From NCBI GenBank assembly GCA_039589315.1, contig JBDHHQ010000006.1:64001-128000 (forward strand): 64,000 nt of DNA. The letters run 5' to 3'. The position numbers and the translations under genes were made by a program. Within the stretch, counting starts at the first letter, position 1. Each line of letters begins with the position of its first letter. Origin of the DNA: Gemmatimonadota bacterium (GTDB lineage: Bacteria > Gemmatimonadota > Gemmatimonadetes > Longimicrobiales > Gaopeijiaceae). Shown one piece after another: positions 1 to 9,757 of the stretch. The notes beneath the pieces are model-generated. The model ran no database searches. It saw only the letters and a list, made by a program, of their open reading frames with translations, and had not been told where the DNA came from.

Positions 1-110
1 TTCATGGCTGCCATATGATGCGAAGTCTCCCCCCGTCACCGGACACCGGGCGTGTGCGAGTCGTGGAGGGACCCCCCTCACCCTGCAGCGCGCCCGCCGC
101 GAGATCCGCC

Positions 111-1610
111 ATGGCATCCGACCCCAAGCGCACCGACTCGGACGGCTTCGAGGATCTGGAGCTCCCCGACCTGAGCCCCGGGAGCATGTTCCTGAAGTTC
201 GGGCCCGGCACGATCCTGATGATGACCGGGATCGGCACCAGTCACCTGGTGACGGCGCCCACTGCCGGGGGACGGTTCGGGTACGCGCTCCTGTGGTGCA
301 TCCCCATCGCATACGTGTTCAAGTACTACGGCTTCGAAATGGCCTTCCGGTTCACGAACGCAACCGGCAAGAGCTTGGTCGAGGCCTACGCAACGACGAA
401 GGGGAAGTGGTCGCTGTGGTACGTGTTGATCACGACGCTCCTCCAGTGCGCGGTGGGGCAGGCCGGTCGGCTCATCGCCGCCGCCGCGGTCCTGTACTAT
501 CTGTTCAGCGTCCAGACCGGCTGGCCCGTGCCACTGACCGCCTACGCCGTCGTCGTGGGCGTCGTCTCCGTGGTCATCATCCTGAAGGGCAGGTACCAGG
601 CCCTGGAGGTAGGGGCCAAAGCCCTGGCGCTGGTCCTCTTCGTGTCCACGGTGGTCGTCTTTCTGGTGCAACCGGCACCGGCCGCCGCAGCCGCCCACTT
701 CTTCATCTTCGAGACCCCCGAGGGATCGTGGCTCATCATCGCCGCGTTCCTGGGCCTGTTGCCCACGGGCATGGACGTGTCCCTGCAGGCCTCGGAATGG
801 GGGAAGGCGAAGAAGGCGGGGCTGTCGAAGATCCGGGACCGCCTCGAGGCTCAGGGGTTGGCTCGACCCTTCGATCCCTTCGACCCGGACCCGAAGGCGT
901 TGGCGATACACGTGCCCGCCATCCCGCAGCGCGCGCAGGACTACGGCCGCCGCTGGTTCACCATCGGCCTGTGGGATTTCCGCGTGGGACACGTGGTCTC
1001 GTTCATCATCGCCACGCTCTTCCTGCTGCTGGCGGCGGTGTGGCTTTACCCCAGCGCCGTCGAAGGCCGCGCGGTCATGGGCGAGATCGCCGGCATCTTC
1101 ACGCTCAGCGTCGGTCCCTGGATGATGGTGGTCTTCATGGGCGGCGCCCTGGCAGCCACCTTCTCCACCGCCTTCAACTACTTCGACGGATGGCCGCGCA
1201 TCGTCGGCGCGTGCGCGCGGAACCTCTTTCGCGGGACGGCCCGTCTGCAGGGCATCGACCGCACGGAGCTCACCCAGGAGCACCGCTCGACCTGGTACTC
1301 CGAGTACAACCTCTACCGGGCGACGATGATCTACTCGCTGGTGGCGTCCGTGGTGATCATCGCCGGAGTGCCCCGTCCGGTCTTTCTGGTGCTGGTGGCC
1401 TCCGCCCTCGCGTTCTTCATCGCACCGGTGATCTTCTTCCTGAATCTGTATTACTGCCTTACCATCATTCCCAAGCAGAACCGACACTTCTACCCCTCCG
1501 GGTGGGAGCGCGTCTTCGCCTGGCTGAGCCTGGCGGTGTTCACGGGTTTGACCGGTCTCAGCGCGATCCTGTTGCTGGCGCAGACCTTCAACGCCCTGTT
1601 CGGAGCGTGA
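111..1610 (+). CDS. NRAMP-related (Nramp/YcsG-like) divalent metal or solute transporter
   Basis: About 11 TM helices. N-terminal FGPG..M..GIGTSHLV.AP.AG.RFGY.LLW motif typical of NRAMP-related permeases. Start placed at ATG 111 (ORF is open from 15). Confidence 0.75.
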   Translation: MASDPKRTDSDGFEDLELPDLSPGSMFLKFGPGTILMMTGIGTSHLVTAPTAGGRFGYALLWCIPIAYVFKYYGFEMAFRFTNATGKSLVEAYATTKGKWSLWYVLITTLLQCAVGQAGRLIAAAAVLYYLFSVQTGWPVPLTAYAVVVGVVSVVIILKGRYQALEVGAKALALVLFVSTVVVFLVQPAPAAAAAHFFIFETPEGSWLIIAAFLGLLPTGMDVSLQASEWGKAKKAGLSKIRDRLEAQGLARPFDPFDPDPKALAIHVPAIPQRAQDYGRRWFTIGLWDFRVGHVVSFIIATLFLLLAAVWLYPSAVEGRAVMGEIAGIFTLSVGPWMMVVFMGGALAATFSTAFNYFDGWPRIVGACARNLFRGTARLQGIDRTELTQEHRSTWYSEYNLYRATMIYSLVASVVIIAGVPRPVFLVLVASALAFFIAPVIFFLNLYYCLTIIPKQNRHFYPSGWERVFAWLSLAVFTGLTGLSAILLLAQTFNALFGA

Positions 1611-1617
1611 TACGGAA

Positions 1618-1896
1618 ATGAGCCAATCGTTCGAGGGTGTCGTCGCGGTGGCCCGCTTCAATCTTCGGCACGAAGCCGAGATTGCCCGGGGGTTCCTGGA
1701 GGCGGAGGGGATCGAGTCGTTCGTGCGGGCCGACGACGGAGGTGGTGCGTTCGGGGTTCCGCTGAGCTACACGCTGGACAGTTTCGCCGAGATCTTCGTG
1801 GCGGCGGAGGATGCTGAGCGGGCCCGCGATATCCTGAAGGACGCGGGGTTCGACGGGGCGCCGGAAGACGAGGAGCCCGAGGAGCCCAGGTACTAG
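1618..1896 (+). CDS. DUF2007-family small protein (putative signal-transducing)
   Basis: EAEIARGFLEAEGIES...V..EDAERAR.IL pattern; 7 nt after the upstream stop. Confidence 0.7.
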   Translation: MSQSFEGVVAVARFNLRHEAEIARGFLEAEGIESFVRADDGGGAFGVPLSYTLDSFAEIFVAAEDAERARDILKDAGFDGAPEDEEPEEPRY

Positions 1897-1969
1897 CGTG
1901 GTGCCAATTGGGGCCGGCGCCGGGCGGGAGGGCGCCGGGACCCTACCGCACCAACGCGGGTGTGGCGCA

Positions 1970-2941
1970 CTAGTAGACGCCCGCTACCCTGGCTCGCTGC
2001 TGGATCAAGGCCAGCACCGTGTCGATGGTGGGGGTGGCTACCCCCACCAGCCTGCCCATCTCCTGGACCGCCGTGACCAACGCGTCGATCTCCATGGGAC
2101 GGCCCCGCTCGAGGTCCTGGAGCATGGAGGTGCGATGGGCCCCCACGGCCGCAGCCCCCTCGATACGGCGGTCGACGTCCACGGCGAAGCGCACGCCCAG
2201 CTTCTCACCGATCGCCTGGGCCTCCACCATCATGGCCCTGGCCACGGCCCGGGTTCCCGGGTCGGTCGCGACCACGTCCAGCGTCTCGAGCGTCAGGGCG
2301 CTGATGGGGTTGAAGGACAGGTTCCCCCACAGCTTCACCCAGATCTCGTCGCGGACGCGACGCACGGGCGCCCTGAGCCCCGCCTCGACGAACGCTCGGG
2401 CCAGCCGCCGCACACGCTCGCTCTTCTCGCCGTTCGGCTCGCCCAGGGTGAACCGGTTGCCTTCGATGTGACGGATCACGCCCGGCTCGGAGACCTCGGC
2501 GGCAGGGTAGACGACACAGCCGAGGATGCGCTCCGGTCCGATCCTCTCCCACTGGACGCCACCGGGATCGACTGAGGGGAGCCGCCGTCCCTCCCACTGT
2601 CCGTCCAGTCCGTAGAAGTACCACCAGGGCACGCCGTTCACCGCCCACACCACCACCGAGTCCGGCCCCAGCAGCGGCTGCAGGGCGTCGGTGATGGCGG
2701 GCACGGAGTGTGCTTTGAGCGTAACGATCACGTAGTCCTGAGGCCCGGCTTCGGACGGATCGTCGGTTGCGCGGGGTCGGGCCACCCGCTCCTCGCCGTC
2801 GATGAGGAGGCGCACGCCTCGCTCGCGCATGGCAGCCAGGTGGGGGCCCCGAGCGATCAACGTCACGTCCTGACCGGCCAACGTCAGCTGGCAGCCCAGG
2901 TATCCGCCGATGGCGCCGGCGCCGTAGACGCAGATTCTCAT
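1970..2941 (-). CDS. panE: Ketopantoate reductase family (PanE/ApbA); possible oxalyl-CoA reductase (PanE2-like)
   Basis: GAGAIGG Rossmann motif, KLWGN, TSMLQDLERGRPMEID; ATGA overlap with the upstream CoA ligase. Confidence 0.85.
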   Translation of the reverse strand: MRICVYGAGAIGGYLGCQLTLAGQDVTLIARGPHLAAMRERGVRLLIDGEERVARPRATDDPSEAGPQDYVIVTLKAHSVPAITDALQPLLGPDSVVVWAVNGVPWWYFYGLDGQWEGRRLPSVDPGGVQWERIGPERILGCVVYPAAEVSEPGVIRHIEGNRFTLGEPNGEKSERVRRLARAFVEAGLRAPVRRVRDEIWVKLWGNLSFNPISALTLETLDVVATDPGTRAVARAMMVEAQAIGEKLGVRFAVDVDRRIEGAAAVGAHRTSMLQDLERGRPMEIDALVTAVQEMGRLVGVATPTIDTVLALIQQRARVAGVY

Positions 2942-4467
2942 CCCGTCAGTCCGAGCTGCTCCGCCAATCCGATGCGCCGGAGCTTGCCGGTCGGCCCCTT
3001 GGGGATCTCGTCCAGGATCAGCACCTTGCGGGGCACCTTGAAGTCCGCGAGCCGGCTGGCCGCGAATTGGCGGATCTCCGCCGGCCTGGCCTGTGCCCCC
3101 TCTACGAGGACGACCGCCGCGGCCACTTCCTCGCCGAGCTTCGGATGGGGCAGGGCGAACGTCACCACCTGGTGGACCGCAGGGTGTTCCATCAGGACCT
3201 CGTCCACCTCTCTGGGTGAGATCTTCTCACCACCCCGGTTGATGATCTCCTTGAGGCGGCCGGTGATCGTCACGTATCCGTCTGCGTCCATGACGCCCTG
3301 GTCCCCCGTCCGGAACCAGCCGGCGGTGAAGCCGGCGGCGTTGGCCTCTGGGTTGTTCTCGTAGCCGGGGGTCACATTGGGTCCGCGGATCACGATCTCA
3401 CCGACCTGCCCGGACTCCAGAAGGACACCGTCCCGGTCCATGACCGCTACCTCCGGCCCTGCGGCGCGCCCAACGGTTCCGGGCTTTCGCCGGCCGGGCG
3501 GAAGCGGGTTGCACGTCATCTGGTGCGAGGCCTCGGTCATCGCGTACGCCTCGACCACCGGCACCGCGAACACCTCTTCCAGCTTGGCCATGACCTGGGG
3601 CGGCAGCGAAGAGGACGAGGAGCGGATCAGCCGGAGGGGCGTGGCCCGGATTACGTCCAGGTTGCGGCCTGCACGGGCCAGGATGCCCTGATGCATCGTG
3701 GGGACGGCCGAGTACCATGTGGGCTGCGCCTCATTCATCCACGAAAAGAACTCGAAGGCGTTGAAGCCGGGCGTGCAGAACACCGACGCCCCGGAGCGCA
3801 TGGACGAGAGGACCGGGGCCATGAGGCCGTGAATGTGAAACAGCGGCATCACGTTGAGGCATCGGTCCTCGGGAGTGAGCCTGAGGGTTTCGGCGATGTT
3901 GCCGGCCGATGCACAGACGTTGCTGTGGAGCAGAGGCACGATCTTGGGACGTGACGTGGTGCCCGACGTATGGAGGACCAGCGCCACGTCGTCGGGTCCG
4001 GCCGGTCCCCCCGCCCCCGCCGGGGAAGGATCGGCGTGGCCACCACCGATCTCGAACGAGCCGGCCGGCGCTCCCGGCGGGACGCCCAGGCGCAGCACGT
4101 TGATCCCCAACTCCTCTGCAGATCGGATGGCCGGGGATTCGCTGCCATCCAGGACCACGAGGGCACGGGCGCCCAGGTCCTTCAGATAGAAGTCGAACTC
4201 GGGCTTCCGGTACTGGGGGTTCAGCGGCGCCGCCGTGGCGGCCGACGCGATGGAGAGGAAAGCCGAGGCCATCTCGGGACCGTTGGGCAGGACGATACCC
4301 ACCCGATCGCCGCGACCGATGCCCCGGAGATTGAGAGACGTAGCGGCCTGGTCGACGTGATCCCGAAGCTGCCGATAGGTCATGGGGGTCCGACCCGGGG
4401 CGGAGATGGCCGGGTTGGGGGCGTCGGCCAGATCGAGCAGCTGTCGTATGGTCTGGGGGGCAGCCAT
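2938..4467 (-). CDS. Acyl-CoA synthetase, oxalate--CoA ligase-like (Pcs60/AAE3 subfamily)
   Basis: HTSGTTSRPK AMP-binding loop, PLFHIHGL, WYSAVPTMHQ, YAMTEASHQM, C-terminal TGK. Confidence 0.85.
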   Translation of the reverse strand: MAAPQTIRQLLDLADAPNPAISAPGRTPMTYRQLRDHVDQAATSLNLRGIGRGDRVGIVLPNGPEMASAFLSIASAATAAPLNPQYRKPEFDFYLKDLGARALVVLDGSESPAIRSAEELGINVLRLGVPPGAPAGSFEIGGGHADPSPAGAGGPAGPDDVALVLHTSGTTSRPKIVPLLHSNVCASAGNIAETLRLTPEDRCLNVMPLFHIHGLMAPVLSSMRSGASVFCTPGFNAFEFFSWMNEAQPTWYSAVPTMHQGILARAGRNLDVIRATPLRLIRSSSSSLPPQVMAKLEEVFAVPVVEAYAMTEASHQMTCNPLPPGRRKPGTVGRAAGPEVAVMDRDGVLLESGQVGEIVIRGPNVTPGYENNPEANAAGFTAGWFRTGDQGVMDADGYVTITGRLKEIINRGGEKISPREVDEVLMEHPAVHQVVTFALPHPKLGEEVAAAVVLVEGAQARPAEIRQFAASRLADFKVPRKVLILDEIPKGPTGKLRRIGLAEQLGLTG

Positions 4468-4476
4468 CGCAGTCGC

Positions 4477-5334
4477 TCAGCGTGGCCAGGACCGGGCTTC
4501 GGCCCGGTCGGCGTAGTCGCTCCGTCGCTCCTCGACGATGGGCTCTCGGGTGGCGAGGTCGTATCCGTCGCCCGGAGCCAACAGGGAGAAGCGACCGTGG
4601 TCGCCGATCATGCGCCCCGAGTCGTAGATGGCCACGAACGACTGCCCGATCACCTGGAACCGGTCACCCTGCACCACGATGGCGGTGTTCTCGTCGATGC
4701 CGATGCCCAGAAGCTCGGGCCGAGCCTCGACGACCTCGATCAGGTCGAACTGTCGGTTCCGCTTCAGGAGATGCTGATCGATGGCGGTGTTCGCGAGGAA
4801 GCCGAAGCCCTCTTCGTGATCTCCCATCATGATGGTGTTCGTGCGGGTGTCTCCCCGGACCAGATACGACCCTTGTATGGTGGCGCCGGCCGACGACCCA
4901 CCGATGACGCCACCCCGGTCGAGCACGCCCCAGAGGGCTTTCTCCGTTCTTGTGTCCAGATACGCGTCGGCCAGCCGCCACTGTCGACCTCCCGTGAACC
5001 AGACGCCTCCGGCTGCCACGATGGGTTGGACGAACGCCTCGCTGTCGGCCTCGGCCGGATCCCGGGTGTGGACGACGGTGAGATCCCGGGCCCCCTGGTC
5101 CCGGAAGAGGTCGAGCCGGTCGTACCACTGATCGTAGTCGTCGGCTTCCCCCGCGGTGGGGATGACGACGATAGGGGCGTCGGGTCCCCCGGCCAGCTCG
5201 ATGAAGCGCCGCACGATGACGGGATCCGAGAGCGCACCGCCCACGACCACCAGCGCGCCGCTGGCAGGGCCCACCTCCTGAGCTGGGGTGGGCGTGGCGG
5301 TCAGGCAAAGCGCGAGGAGCAGTAAGCGTCGCAT
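4477..5334 (-). CDS. Cyanophycinase / peptidase S51 with signal peptide
   Basis: FTGGRQ, GSSAG nucleophile elbow, IDQH...RNR, GIGIDENTA; N-terminal signal peptide. Confidence 0.85.
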   Translation of the reverse strand: MRRLLLLALCLTATPTPAQEVGPASGALVVVGGALSDPVIVRRFIELAGGPDAPIVVIPTAGEADDYDQWYDRLDLFRDQGARDLTVVHTRDPAEADSEAFVQPIVAAGGVWFTGGRQWRLADAYLDTRTEKALWGVLDRGGVIGGSSAGATIQGSYLVRGDTRTNTIMMGDHEEGFGFLANTAIDQHLLKRNRQFDLIEVVEARPELLGIGIDENTAIVVQGDRFQVIGQSFVAIYDSGRMIGDHGRFSLLAPGDGYDLATREPIVEERRSDYADRAEARSWPR

Positions 5335-5532
5335 CGGGGCTCGGGTTGTGGGAGGTCATTGGTCGTCCGGTCAAGGCCGCCTTGACCTGGCTGGTCCGGG
5401 GCGTGCCTCCGCCGCGTGCGCGTTAGGGTAGCACCAGGCTGGACCCGCGCCAATCCGTGGGGGTTTCATGGCTGCGGTGGGCCCCATGGGCCTGGCCGTC
5501 GTCAATAACGCGTCCAGCCTGGAACGATACGC

Positions 5533-6951
5533 ATGATGGTCGACTCGACGGAGGGAGCGCCCCGACCGCGGGTGGTCGTGGTGGGCGGCGGCTTCGGGGG
5601 GCTGGCGGCCGCCCGGGCGCTTCGCCGAGCCGAGGCGGAGGTGATCCTCTTCGATCGGCACAACCACCACCTCTTCCAGCCTCTCCTCTACCAGGTCGCC
5701 ACCGCGGCGTTGTCTCCGGGCAATATCGCGGCACCCATCCGTAGGATTCTGAGCCGTCAGCGGAATGCGCAGGTGGTCCTGGCCAAGGTGACCGACGTGG
5801 ACGTGGAGGCCCGCACCGTCAGCCTGGGAGAGCACCGGTACGCGTACGACTACCTGATTCTCGCGGCTGGGGCCGTGACGAACTACTTCGGCAACGAGGA
5901 CTGGGCGGAGATGGCGCCGGGTCTCAAGACCGTGACCGAGGCCCTGGACGTCCGGAGCCGGCTGCTGCTGGCCTTCGAGCAGGCCGAGATCGAGTCGGAC
6001 GCCGAGGCCCGCCGCGCCGCGCTGACCTTCGCCATCGTGGGTGCCGGACCGACCGGAGTCGAGATGGCGGGAGCCCTGGCGGAGATCGCTCGCACCACGC
6101 TGAGGCGGGACTTCCGGAACATCGACACGAGCGCTGTGCGCGTCATTCTCGTGGACGCGAGCGGCCGGGTCCTTCCGGCGTATCCGAAGGAGCTCTCCGA
6201 GCGGGCCGCCGCCGACCTGAGGCGAATGGGCGTCGAGCTGATGCTGGACACCCACGTGACCGGCGTCGATCCGGGGGGTCTCACGGTGGCGCGCGGCTCG
6301 GGCGAGGAGCGGATCCAGGCCGACAACGTCATCTGGGCGGCGGGGGTGCGGGCGGCCGCCATCGGCCAGCGTCTGGGTGCGGAGGTCGACCGGCTCGGAC
6401 GCGTGGTCGTGGGCGACGACCTGACGATCTCCGGCCACCCGGAGGTGTTCGTCGTGGGTGATCTGGCGAACCGGATCGACGCCGCCACGGCCCGACCAGT
6501 TCCGGGCGTCGCCCAGGGGGCGATTCAGATGGGGCGATTCGCCGGCGAGGTGGTGGCTGCGGAGCTACGTGCCCTCAGCCGAGGCGCCCCGCCGCCGCCG
6601 CGAGGGAGCTTCTCGTATCGAGACAAGGGCTCCATGGCGACGATCGGCAGGAACAGCGCCGTGGCGGACGTAGGTAGGCTCCGGTTCGGCGGTGTGCTCG
6701 CGTGGCTGGCCTGGGCGCTGATCCATGTCTTCTTCCTCATCGGATTCCGACGCCGCTTTCTCGTGATGGCCGAATGGGTGTGGATGTACGTCACCTACGG
6801 ACGGGGCGTACGACTCATCACGGGGACCAATCGCCTGCCGCGGCCGGTCCGGCCGCCTCCCGACCCGCGGCTCGCCTCACTCCCACTCGATCGTGCCGGG
6901 GGGCTTGGAGGTGAGGTCGAGGGCGAGGGCGCCCACGCCGGGCAGGGATAG
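5533..6951 (+). CDS. ndh: Type II NADH dehydrogenase (NDH-2)
   Basis: GGGFGG FAD motif, FQPLLYQVATA, GAGPTGVE, AQGAIQMG, YRDKGSMATIGR. Confidence 0.9.
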   Translation: MMVDSTEGAPRPRVVVVGGGFGGLAAARALRRAEAEVILFDRHNHHLFQPLLYQVATAALSPGNIAAPIRRILSRQRNAQVVLAKVTDVDVEARTVSLGEHRYAYDYLILAAGAVTNYFGNEDWAEMAPGLKTVTEALDVRSRLLLAFEQAEIESDAEARRAALTFAIVGAGPTGVEMAGALAEIARTTLRRDFRNIDTSAVRVILVDASGRVLPAYPKELSERAAADLRRMGVELMLDTHVTGVDPGGLTVARGSGEERIQADNVIWAAGVRAAAIGQRLGAEVDRLGRVVVGDDLTISGHPEVFVVGDLANRIDAATARPVPGVAQGAIQMGRFAGEVVAAELRALSRGAPPPPRGSFSYRDKGSMATIGRNSAVADVGRLRFGGVLAWLAWALIHVFFLIGFRRRFLVMAEWVWMYVTYGRGVRLITGTNRLPRPVRPPPDPRLASLPLDRAGGLGGEVEGEGAHAGQG

Positions 6952-8697
6952 GACGTCTCGCCGGAGCTCGTGGAGAACCGCATCGGGCAGCTCCACGGGT
7001 GACGCCGTCATGGCGCGGGCCGAACGGACCGGCCGGATTACCACCATCTCGCCGGGCGACCGGTCGAACGTCACCGGCACCAGTACCGTCGGGCACTGCC
7101 AGATCCGGTCGTAGAGGCCATGGCGTTCCAGCGCCGACATGACCAGGTGATCGGCCTCCCGGAGGACTGCCAGGCGGGCCCCGGTCACGGTGGCGGCTAA
7201 GGGCCGCGCCTGCGCCGGGTGGTCCGGCCCCAGGTTCCACACGCACCGGTTGACGCCCGGCACATCCGCCGTGATCACCGAGGTCGCGTCCAGCAGGGCG
7301 CTCCACGACGAGGTGCCGCTGAGCAGAACGGGGTGCTCGTAGGCCCGAAGGTCGGCCTTTACGCCGACCGACCGGATCGGCAGCGCCAGGGCGGCCAGGC
7401 CCAACTCCGAGGCGAGCCGCGCCAAAGCGGGCTCCAGCGCCTCGAATCCGGCTCGATCGGGTACGCCGTCGGAGCAGAGCAGGCGAACCCCGAGGCCCGG
7501 CCCGGGGAACGGGTGCCGCCAGACGGCCTCGTGGGGGATGCCGAGGCGCTCCCCCAGCTCCCGCACCTCCACCTTGTAGAGCTCTGCCAGGGGCTCCACG
7601 ACCTTGCCGTCCTCGATCATCCGCTCGATGACCGGCACCCGGTTGTGGTGGGTCTTGATGGTATCCGCCCTGCGTGTGCCCCCCGTTTCGATCGTGTCCG
7701 GGTAGATGGTGCCCTGTCCGAGCAGATGCTGGTCGATCCCCAGACGGGCCGCCTCGCTCTGAAACACCCGCACGAAGGTCTCGCCGATGGCGCGGCGTTT
7801 CGCCTCCGGCTCGACGAGGCCTTCCAGGGCCTCCAGAAAGGTGTCGCTGGCGTCGACGAAGTGAAGGCCCTCGTCCAGACCCATGGCCGCGAAACGGGCG
7901 AGCACCTCCTGGCTCTCCTCTTTGCGCATGAGGCCGTTGTCGATGTGGAGGAGATGGAGGCGCTCGGATCCCAGGGCGTCACCGAGCACCGCGGCCGCGA
8001 CCGTGGAATCCACGCCCCCCGAAGCCAGCAGGAAGACGGACCGGCCGTCGACCTGGTCCCGGAGCGTCGTGCGCTGCTCATCCAGGTAGGCCTCCAGGTC
8101 CCAGGTAGGGCGACAGCCGCATATCCCCAGCACGAAGTTGGCGATCATGGTGTCCCCGCCGAGCGTGCTGTCGACTTCCGGGTGGAACTGGAAGCCGTAC
8201 CTGCGAAGGGAGTCGGAGCCGATGGCGGCGAAGCGGTTGGCGTCCCGGCTGCCGCTGGTCACGGTGAACCCGAGCTCCCGGAACTCGGGCCCCACGGCCA
8301 CCACGGAGTCGAAGTGGCTCATCCAAACCTGCTGCACCGGGTCGAGACCCCGGAAGAGGGGATGGGAGTCGGTCACGTGGAGCTCCGCCGGGCCCCACTC
8401 CCGGCCGCCGTGGACCACCTCGCCCCCATAGTGCTTCGCGATCTCCTGGTGCCCGAAGCAGAAGCCCGCGATGGGCACGTCCAGGTCGTAGATCTCCTTG
8501 GCGTACGTGGAGTCCTGGCCGTGGGACGACAGGCTCGGGCTGCCCGAGATGATGATGCCCCGGTACGGAGCGAACGCCTCGATGGGGTCTTCCGGTTGGC
8601 GGATCTCTGCCAGCACCCCATGCCGGCGAACCTTGGTGGCGATGAGGTGGGCGTACTGCCCGCCGAAGTCTATGACGGCGATGGCGTCGTGGTTCAT
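6877..8697 (-). CDS. guaA: Glutamine-hydrolysing GMP synthase (long 606-aa form)
   Basis: DFGGQY, GFCFGHQ (catalytic Cys), QFHPE, SGGVDS, IKTHHN, HPFPGPGL, C-terminal SKPPGTIEWE. Confidence 0.95.
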   Translation of the reverse strand: MNHDAIAVIDFGGQYAHLIATKVRRHGVLAEIRQPEDPIEAFAPYRGIIISGSPSLSSHGQDSTYAKEIYDLDVPIAGFCFGHQEIAKHYGGEVVHGGREWGPAELHVTDSHPLFRGLDPVQQVWMSHFDSVVAVGPEFRELGFTVTSGSRDANRFAAIGSDSLRRYGFQFHPEVDSTLGGDTMIANFVLGICGCRPTWDLEAYLDEQRTTLRDQVDGRSVFLLASGGVDSTVAAAVLGDALGSERLHLLHIDNGLMRKEESQEVLARFAAMGLDEGLHFVDASDTFLEALEGLVEPEAKRRAIGETFVRVFQSEAARLGIDQHLLGQGTIYPDTIETGGTRRADTIKTHHNRVPVIERMIEDGKVVEPLAELYKVEVRELGERLGIPHEAVWRHPFPGPGLGVRLLCSDGVPDRAGFEALEPALARLASELGLAALALPIRSVGVKADLRAYEHPVLLSGTSSWSALLDATSVITADVPGVNRCVWNLGPDHPAQARPLAATVTGARLAVLREADHLVMSALERHGLYDRIWQCPTVLVPVTFDRSPGEMVVIRPVRSARAMTASPVELPDAVLHELRRDVLSLPGVGALALDLTSKPPGTIEWE

Positions 8698-8785
8698 CGA
8701 TGGCGCCGGGCTGCAGGGTCCTGGGTCTCGATCCGGCCGCGCCCGCCCGTGCCGGCAGGCGGGGCTCCCGCGAAGGAGTCGGAAG

Positions 8786-9757
8786 CTAGGTGGATTCGCC
8801 CCGCGCCGGAAGCGGCGTCAGGCGCCGTGCTCTGGCGGTGAGCTCGGCGGTATCGGCGTCCTGAAAGCCCAGGACCCCGAAACGCTCGATGGCCAGCGAC
8901 GCAGCGGCGGCGCCGAAGCGGAGGGCGGCCCCCATGGAGTCCGGGTCCACGGAGGCCGCGCCGGCCAGATGGCCCATCACGCCGCCAGCGAAGGCGTCGC
9001 CGGCGCCGGTTGGATCCTGGACCCCGCCGACCCGAGCCGGCGCCACGGACAGCACGCACCCCGGCCCGAACGCACGCGCGCCGGCCCGGCCCAGCTTCAC
9101 CACCACCCACGGTGGCCCCGCACCACGGATGGAGCCCACGGACGCGGCAAGGTCGTCCGCTCGACCCAGGGTCCGCGCTTCGGTCTCGTTCACGAACAGC
9201 AGCTGAGCTCGGGCGATGAGTCCGCGCAGCTCTGCTGACCGCTCTTCGATCCAGTGGGCCATCGTGTCTACGGCGAGAAGCTCGGGATCCTCCAGCTGGG
9301 CCAGGACCCTGGATTGGAGTCGAGGATCGGTGCTGCCCAGAAAGGCCACCGGCGCCCGTGCCCCGGTGGATGGAACGACCGGCTGAACGGTAGCGGCCAC
9401 TCCACGGTCAGTCGCCAGCGTCTGGCGGGTCCCGAAGTCGGGGGCGTAGCGGGCTCGCCAGCGCATGGTCGGGCCCCGCTCCCGCCGGATTCCGGTCACG
9501 TCGACGCCGCGCTCGTCGAGCCAATCCAGGCAACTCGGCGGGAAGTCGTCACCGACGACGCCGACCAGCACGACCGGGGCCAGGAGGGATGCGCCGAGGG
9601 AGAAGTAGAGAGCGGAGCCGCCCGGCAGGTCGCGACCGGAGCCCTCCGGGGTGTCGACCGAGTCCAGCGCCAGGGTTCCGAAGGCGAGGATTCGGCGGCG
9701 GCGTCCGGGGGCCGGAGGCCGAGGACGGGCCTCCCCGGTGCGTCCACTGGCCGTCAT
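8786..9757 (-). CDS. PfkB family sugar/nucleoside kinase
   Basis: PGGSA, DPTGAGDAFAGG anion-hole motif; overlaps the nupC stop (ATGA). Confidence 0.9.
   Translation of the reverse strand: MTASGRTGEARPRPPAPGRRRRILAFGTLALDSVDTPEGSGRDLPGGSALYFSLGASLLAPVVLVGVVGDDFPPSCLDWLDERGVDVTGIRRERGPTMRWRARYAPDFGTRQTLATDRGVAATVQPVVPSTGARAPVAFLGSTDPRLQSRVLAQLEDPELLAVDTMAHWIEERSAELRGLIARAQLLFVNETEARTLGRADDLAASVGSIRGAGPPWVVVKLGRAGARAFGPGCVLSVAPARVGGVQDPTGAGDAFAGGVMGHLAGAASVDPDSMGAALRFGAAAASLAIERFGVLGFQDADTAELTARARRLTPLPARGEST

Noticed and set aside
6877..6951. 75-bp convergent overlap of ndh and guaA as a regulatory feature
   Set aside because: The ndh tail is low-complexity; most likely a drifted stop codon
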